Positions 57,810 to 64,000 of a DNA stretch of 64,000 bases are shown piece after piece. Origin of the DNA: Cystobasidiomycetes sp. EMM_F5 (taxonomy: Eukaryota). Location of the stretch: NCBI GenBank assembly GCA_051047955.1, contig JBPGPT010000014.1, positions 124,001-188,000 of the forward strand, read 5' to 3'. The position numbers and the translations under genes are program-made. The notes beneath the pieces were generated by a model that worked only from the letters and a program-made list of their open reading frames with translations, was not told the DNA's origin and searched no databases. Every line of letters begins with the position of its first letter. Positions within the stretch are counted from its first letter, which is position 1.

Positions 57810-59237
57810 TTATGGCCTCTTGCCCTCATACGCATTGCGCAACAGCTGCAACAGCTTGCCTCTCTCCAAAGGGGCAGGATTTGCATATGGATTACTGACG
57901 GCTATGTCTGCCGCCTTTTCCAGATCTTCCTCCTTGAAGCCCAGCTCCTTTAGAGAGGTCGGGCCTCCATTCGACTTGGACAGGTCAAATACTCCTCTCG
58001 CAGCATCGTCACTACCTAAAGCGCCAGCAATCTTTTGCATCGCTTCTTTGGCGTAGTCACTGTTGTATTGAATAGCATGAGGTAGTATCACTGTATGCGT
58101 TTCAGCATGAGGCATATTGAAGGACCCTCCAAGCTGTTCGCACAAGCAGCAAGGTTTGGTCAGAATGCTCGTCTGCTGTCAGGACTGCTCTTTTCGATGC
58201 TCACCGTATGGCATAGCTTGTGATGGATTGACATGCCCACAGACCCAAGGCACGTCCCGCACGCCCACGCGCCGTACTGGGCTTGAGCCCGAGCGTCAAC
58301 ATCTTGGGCATTTTTCATGAGCGATGGGAGCGCTTGAGCAATGTTTTCGATGCCGGATACTGCTAGCATATCAATTATGGGATTGGCCTCGGTCGAATAC
58401 AGCGCTTCCACCTGATGTCTTGCACTTTAGGGCTTGTATGCTTATGAGCGGTGTGCGCAAAATACTCACTGCGTGTGCGACAGCATTAATCCCGCTGGTG
58501 ACTGTCATGGCCAGCGGTAGCGTCAATGTGAGATCAACATCATAAATGACAGCTTGCGGCAGGACGACCGTAGTCTTTTGCGTGGTTTTGAGGCCTTTTG
58601 AGGTTTGGCCGATAATCGGGGTGACTTCTGAACCAGCGCTGTTTACGCGCAACTCAGTCTGCATCAAATAATTGGCAAGAAGGATGGACCTACTAAGTCG
58701 TCGGGATTGCAATCTGTTTGAGGCGGCCTTTCGATGCCAAGGCCAGAGCTTTCCCAAGTCCGATAGTGGAACCCCCGCCAACGGCGACCTGGACGGATGG
58801 GTCATCTCAACAATCAGTTGAAGCACGAAATGGAAGCTGTATGCCTTACAACGCAGTCCGCTTGAATCGATTCGGCGTATTTTAGTGCTTCCTCAGTCAC
58901 CTCGGTAGGCGTATGCATAGTCGCGTTGGTGTACATCCCCGCGTAGCGATTCTCGAGAGCCGCCTTGACGGACTCGCCTTGCTGAATCTGGTACGGCGTC
59001 GTTAAGACCAAAGCCTTGCTACAGCCTGAAACGGCTCGGTGTCAGAATCTCAGCGTTGAAGCGAAGTATTGCGGCCCGTTCCGTACCGAGATGATCAACC
59101 TCTGAAGCGACTTTTGTCCTGTAGAGTATGATGCTTAGCGTATGATCATCAATTCGAGGATACTTTGCTATCTACTGAGAAGTTCCTTGTCCAAAGATGA
59201 CCCTCGCCGGGAGAGCATTGTAAGTGAATGCTTTCAT
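57810..59237 (-). CDS. Maleylacetate reductase (iron-containing alcohol dehydrogenase family)
   Basis: FTYNALPARVIFGQG; ATMHTP; GGGSTIGLGKA; GSEVTPIIGQT; SGINAVAHAV; GMSIHHKLCHT|LGGSFNMPHAETH; NPYANP. Confidence 0.9.
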
Positions 59238-59644
59238 AATGCCGAACGAACAAGTATTCGAGTAATGCGATGATGAAAGGCCGTTGGCTGTTGCAATTGA
59301 CGAATATGTGCCTCGTTGGCTTTCCAGAGCATAAACGAAGTGCTGCCGGTTTGATTGCGTTTGTATCGCTCGGTAGCGGTAGTAACGTGGTGCAGGATGT
59401 GCGATACTACTGCTAATGCTTCTGGCAATTTGCAGATGGCCAAAGGCCTTGGATGCACGACATGGTCGGCGTTTCAAGTCCGGCTTGGGCGGATAAACTT
59501 CTCCCCACACACACGTGACTCGGCAGCCATTGAAAGCAGACTCCAAGCACTTCAGCTGCTACCGCTGGTTGTTGGGTCCGCGACGACGGTCTGCAATTGA
59601 GCAGACATCACTTCTTTGTTGATCTCTCCTTGCACAATTCCATC

Positions 59645-60673
59645 ATGCCATTGCCATTGGGAGCTCAGGTAAGCTGGCTTCTAGTGTTACTGACGTGCCC
59701 AGCAGTATCTGATATACCGAACCTGGTGACAACAGCCTGCGCTTCCCCCTCTTAGCCTGTCTACCTCGCTCAATGGATCAAACGGTGATGCTCTAGAAAG
59801 GTGGAAGTGCCGAGAGCTCATGGAAGGATTTCCTGCTCATCGAGATGCATGCGAATGGGCCAAGATGCGAGCATTATTTGCCGAGAAGGATGCGTATGTG
59901 TTCACGACATGGTCAGGCGGTGTTCCTATCGACGAATTCATCAAAGTGTGTAAGATGGCTGGCAGCACCGATGAACGACCGCTGATGTTTGACTACCAGA
60001 TCTCCGAGATCGGCTTTTCAAAGGGTGTCAAGATTGCTGTGAGCTGGGCGGCTGCTTATTATACTTGCATTTCGCTCATGTATCTCGTGACAGCATCGCG
60101 TCAATGGTGGTACGGTAGACATCGCCGTCTCTGGACCTTATGCCGGAAAGCGGGCTCTAGGCAAGCTGAAGGCGTAAGTTCTGATCTAACGTGGAGTACT
60201 ATATACGAACCTCACTGATCATCAGACTCCCAGTACGATCACTCAACGTTTCAACATGGAATCCACGACAAAGGGCGAAATGTGCGAAGTAGACATCGAA
60301 GCCGACTGCCGACTATGCTTTTTCTTGGAGAAGAATAGTAATGGCGAGTGGAAGAATCATTTCTTCAAGGGCTTCTATGAGAAGGACAAAGCCATCCCCG
60401 TTGACCCGCGCAAGGTGCCATACTTTGATGATGACAAGCTAAACAGCTTCCCGGCGGGTTATCGTTAGTGTACTGATCCTACAGTAACCGTCTCTCAGAC
60501 TAACGATTGTCCTACTCGCAGGCTATCTTGCGTATGGTCAATCAGCAGCCTACAAGATCAAGATGGACCTGCCACAAAACCACGGTGATGAACATGACCA
60601 TTTCTACGAGAGCTTCATACAATGGCTCGAAGGAAAGCCTATCGAGGAGATGAAGGTCATTTTGGGAGTGTGA
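59645..60673 (+). CDS. PEP2-like / SnoaL (NTF2-like) domain protein
   Basis: RELMEGFPAHRDACEW; TTWSGG; HRVNG; KLKA|TITQRF; DCRLCFF; FYEKDKAIPVDP; FPAGYR|YLAYGQ. Confidence 0.8.
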
Positions 60674-61008
60674 ACTGTAAAGATACTTATCACCCATCGC
60701 AAGCTGGCAAGCAAAGGTCCTTACATGAGCACGAGCACAATGATGCGATAACGGCACTGAAGTCAGGCCGATATTCCGACGCGCGAACAAAACTGACCGT
60801 GACGTACATTGAGGGATAGTGAGAAGCTGACGTCTCAGGCTGTCAAGGTTCCTTTCTGAAAGGGGAGTGGCGATTCTCGGCGTCTGACCGTACTACGTCT
60901 GCCGTTTCGAAGCGAGCCTTCATCTGTTACGCGGCCCTTGAACTCTTTGCAATCGCTACTTGATCCGCAGTTATCTGAGGCTACAAAAGTCGTGCTCTGG
61001 CTAATTTC

Positions 61009-62709
61009 ATGGACATCTCATACGACATCGTGATAGTCGGCGGTGGTAATACGCTGCCCTTGCGAGGCTCGACCGGGCCACTATGACTGATACATCATGC
61101 CACCGTGGCATTTCGCTGCACATTAGGCGTTTTTGGTCTTTCCACGGCTCTCTCCCTTGCCAAAGGCGAATACCAAGACTGTCCTGGCAAGATATTGGTC
61201 ATTGGCGAGTCCAGCCGTTTGCAGAGTGCCTGTGATACATGCAAGCTGATCCCCTGCCTTCCATAGATCGCGACATAGATTGTCCAGCGTTAGATGCAGC
61301 CGCGAGCGACTACAACAAGATCTGCCGTAACGATTATGCAGATCCCCTGTACTCGAAACTAGCTCTAGAAGCGCTGCAACAATGGGGAGCGAACCCCTTG
61401 TATCAGCCATATTTTCACCAATCAGGATGTAGGCTCATCACTTCGTATTGAGGTACCACAGGAATCGCTAAACCGGCATGCCATGCCTCTGCAGATCTTT
61501 TGACGGCAAGTCAAAGCGGCACTGATGGCGCGGCACATGTTATGGGACAGTACCAGTACTGCAAACAGCTATACGACTCGGGCAAGGCCGCCAGCCCGCC
61601 AAGAATTATTACTACAGAAGACGCATATCGCGCTGCTCTAAAAGGCCATCACCTTGAGACAGGCAGCATGCCCCCTGTAGCTTACATCAACGAAGTCTCG
61701 GGTTGGGCCTGGTCTCGCGGAGCGATTCGCGCAGTCGCGATGGAGTGTCGCGAAATTGGTGTATCGTTCGCCAATGGCCAGGTTACCAGCCTAATCATAG
61801 AGGATCGAGACGTGCGTGGCGCCCGTACGCAGGAGCAGCGTGAATACAGGGCAAACAAGCTAGTGGTCCTTGCCGCAGGAAGCTGGTCTGCGGCTATTCT
61901 ACCAGATCTGGCCGCTGACCTGACGGCGACCGGACAAGTACTTGCTGTTATACAGCTCGACCCTGCCGAGCAACGACAGTATGCAGATACGGTGAGTGTA
62001 GAGTTCCAGAACAGGAACGTCAGATGAGCATAACATCACATTATTCAGCCAGTAGTGTCTATCGAGGAGAGCGGATATTACTCTTTCCCGCCAAATTCGG
62101 ATGGCATTTTCAAATGTGCGCTTCATCAGCGGGGATACGTGAATATGGAAGCTTCATACGCAGATCCGCAGCAGAGGGTCTCCGTGCCGTTGACTTATGC
62201 CGCTGACAATCCGCTCACTCGAAACATCCCCAAACGCGATGTACAGACCCTGCGAGCCGAGCTAGGCAGAATTTGGCCAGCTTTGGCTAGGAAACCATTT
62301 GCGAGCACACGAATGTGCTGGTACAGCGATACCTTGGACTCGCATTTCCTCATCTCGTACCATAAGCAATATGCTTCGCTGTTCTTGGCAACCGGCGACT
62401 CCGGTCATGCATTCAAGGTGAGCCCAACGTGCCAGACAGACTCGACTCGACAAATGCTAATCAGCCATGTCGTCCTAGTTCTTGCCCATTATCGGTGAAT
62501 ACAATGACGCTGAGTCTACGCGACGACTGACGAGCAAAGCAGGTGAACTTTGCGTTCAAGGCATTCAGCACAAGTTGCCCAGCGAGCTAGCCGAGGCATG
62601 GTCGCATACGCGGGTAAGAGTGGCAGAGAAGCGAGACCGTGGGGAGACGGTATTGCGCGATTTGGATCTCGGCGAGGCAGCCACGGCTGCTGATTTAGCT
62701 GCAGTATGA
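61009..62709 (+). CDS. FAD-dependent amine oxidase (sarcosine/pipecolate/fructosyl-amine oxidase family), copy 1
   Basis: YDIVIVGGG|VFGLSTA; AASDYNKICRNDYAD; SGWAWS; LAAGSWS; TRMCWYSDT; ATGDSGHAFK|FLPIIG. Confidence 0.9.
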
Positions 62710-62958
62710 CATTATATGCTTTGTGGTCATGTCTGTTGTTAGCTGCTTAGGCTGGACATCATGTGCTTGTCTCCTGCGCATAACTGCAGGCGCAGACCAG
62801 GTCGGAAAGTTCAGTCCTGGAGATTCGGTACTAATTGTGGATGTAATGCATGCATTACATAGATGATGATCTCCGCAGCCGTGCAAGAAACCAGATGAGG
62901 GTTCGGTCAAACAGGGCGAAATCACCCACAAACGTTTAGCTCAGCACCGCTGGACCAC

Positions 62959-64000
62959 ATGGATGCTGAGATTGTCATAGTTGGCGGAGGTCCGCACGAT
63001 TATAGCCAGTCCCGCGAAAGGTTGAGATTTCGACTGACATCGAACGCGCCGGCTTGGTGATCAGGTGTCTTTGGACTCTCGACCGCTTTGTCTTTGGCTA
63101 CGGGAAGCTATAAAGACAAGCCACACAGAATCTTGGTCATTGGTAGGGTTGTACTTGTGTTGAGCTGGTTGACACTCGCTGATCTCGATGCAGAGCAGAC
63201 CGTGATCCAAACTGTCCATCCCAAGATGCAGCTTCGAGCGACTACAACAAGATATGCAGAAACGATTATTCGGACCCCGCGTACTCTGAGCTAGCTCTCG
63301 ACGCCATGAAAGAGTGGAGCAGCAATCCTCTCTATCGACCTTACTTTCATCAGTCCGGTCGTGAGTCGATCTCCGCTATAACAATCATGGAAAGTGTACT
63401 CACGCAACGCAATTCGACTACAGTCGTTGTGACATCTAGTGCATTCGGTTCGCTGGGCGAAACCTACGTGCGAAGAAGCTTCGAATATTGCGCCAGGTTG
63501 CACGACTCAGGCCAAGCTAGTCGTCGACCAAGAATGCTGACCTCTACAGAGGAATATCGTGCTGCCTTACAGGCTACCCCATCTAAAATAGGTCCGATGC
63601 CCTCCGTGGCATACATTAACGAACTGTCTGGCTGGGCATGGTCGCGCGGTGCGATCGATGCTGTCGCTCGAAAGTGTCGAGATGCTGGGGTAACATTCGT
63701 GACCGGAGAGGTCAACAGCCTAATATTCGAAGATAACGATGTACGTGGCGCGCGTACGAGCGATGGAAAAGTATACAAATCAAGCAAGCTCGTTGTTCTC
63801 GCGGCAGGAAGCTGGTCGGCAGCAATTTCACCGGATCTTGAGGGCGACGTCGTTGCAAGTGGCCAAGTACTGGCTACTATGCAATTGGACTCTACCGAGC
63901 AGGCTGATTATGCGAAAATAGTAAGCTCGCTTCTTTACAGTACTTACAGATGCTCGAATTGATCGCCATATGTGACAGCCCGTCATTATCGATATGCACA
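62959..64000 (+). CDS. FAD-dependent amine oxidase, tandem copy 2 (runs off the window)
   Basis: EIVIVGGG|VFGLSTA; AASSDYNKICRNDYSD; YINELSGWAWSRGAI; LAAGSWS; intron positions match copy 1. Confidence 0.88.

Overview
Eukaryotic, gene-dense, intron-rich fungal DNA with short (~50-70 nt) GT-AG introns, CTRAY branch points and several microexons. Gene content (velvet, CFEM, MP88-like, Som1, Vps51) points to a compact basidiomycete genome; a Pucciniomycotina lineage such as Mixia is my inference only. About 33 protein-coding genes were reconstructed by hand-splicing, so outer coordinates are estimates and include introns. Positions ~0.5-45 kb are mostly tightly packed housekeeping genes: (6-4) photolyase/CRY, SEC6, amino-acid transporter, GPI-PEBP, SDR, VPS51, eIF5, KHDC4-like, SAH1, SOM1, dynein intermediate chain, ALT1, CYS3, PMS1, ZIM17/TIM23, RRP4, NDUFAF7-like, cyclophilin B. 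Positions ~45-57 kb are a looser island of secreted and surface genes around an HSF-type regulator. Positions ~57.8-64 kb form a catabolic-looking group (maleylacetate reductase, PEP2/SnoaL-like, two FAD amine oxidases). Best leads: (1) the SAH1 5' region, with 9- and 5-nt microexons flanking a 214-nt intron that has a 158-nt AG-free zone, a distant branch point and paired ends, a candidate regulated splicing switch; (2) a divergent velvet gene split across ORF-track fragments; (3) two paralogous secreted mini-PAN/Apple proteins with polybasic tails; (4) an intronless bacterial-type gene; (5) a poor-context uORF in the eIF5 leader. I recognised no tRNA, rRNA, CRISPR array or transposon.
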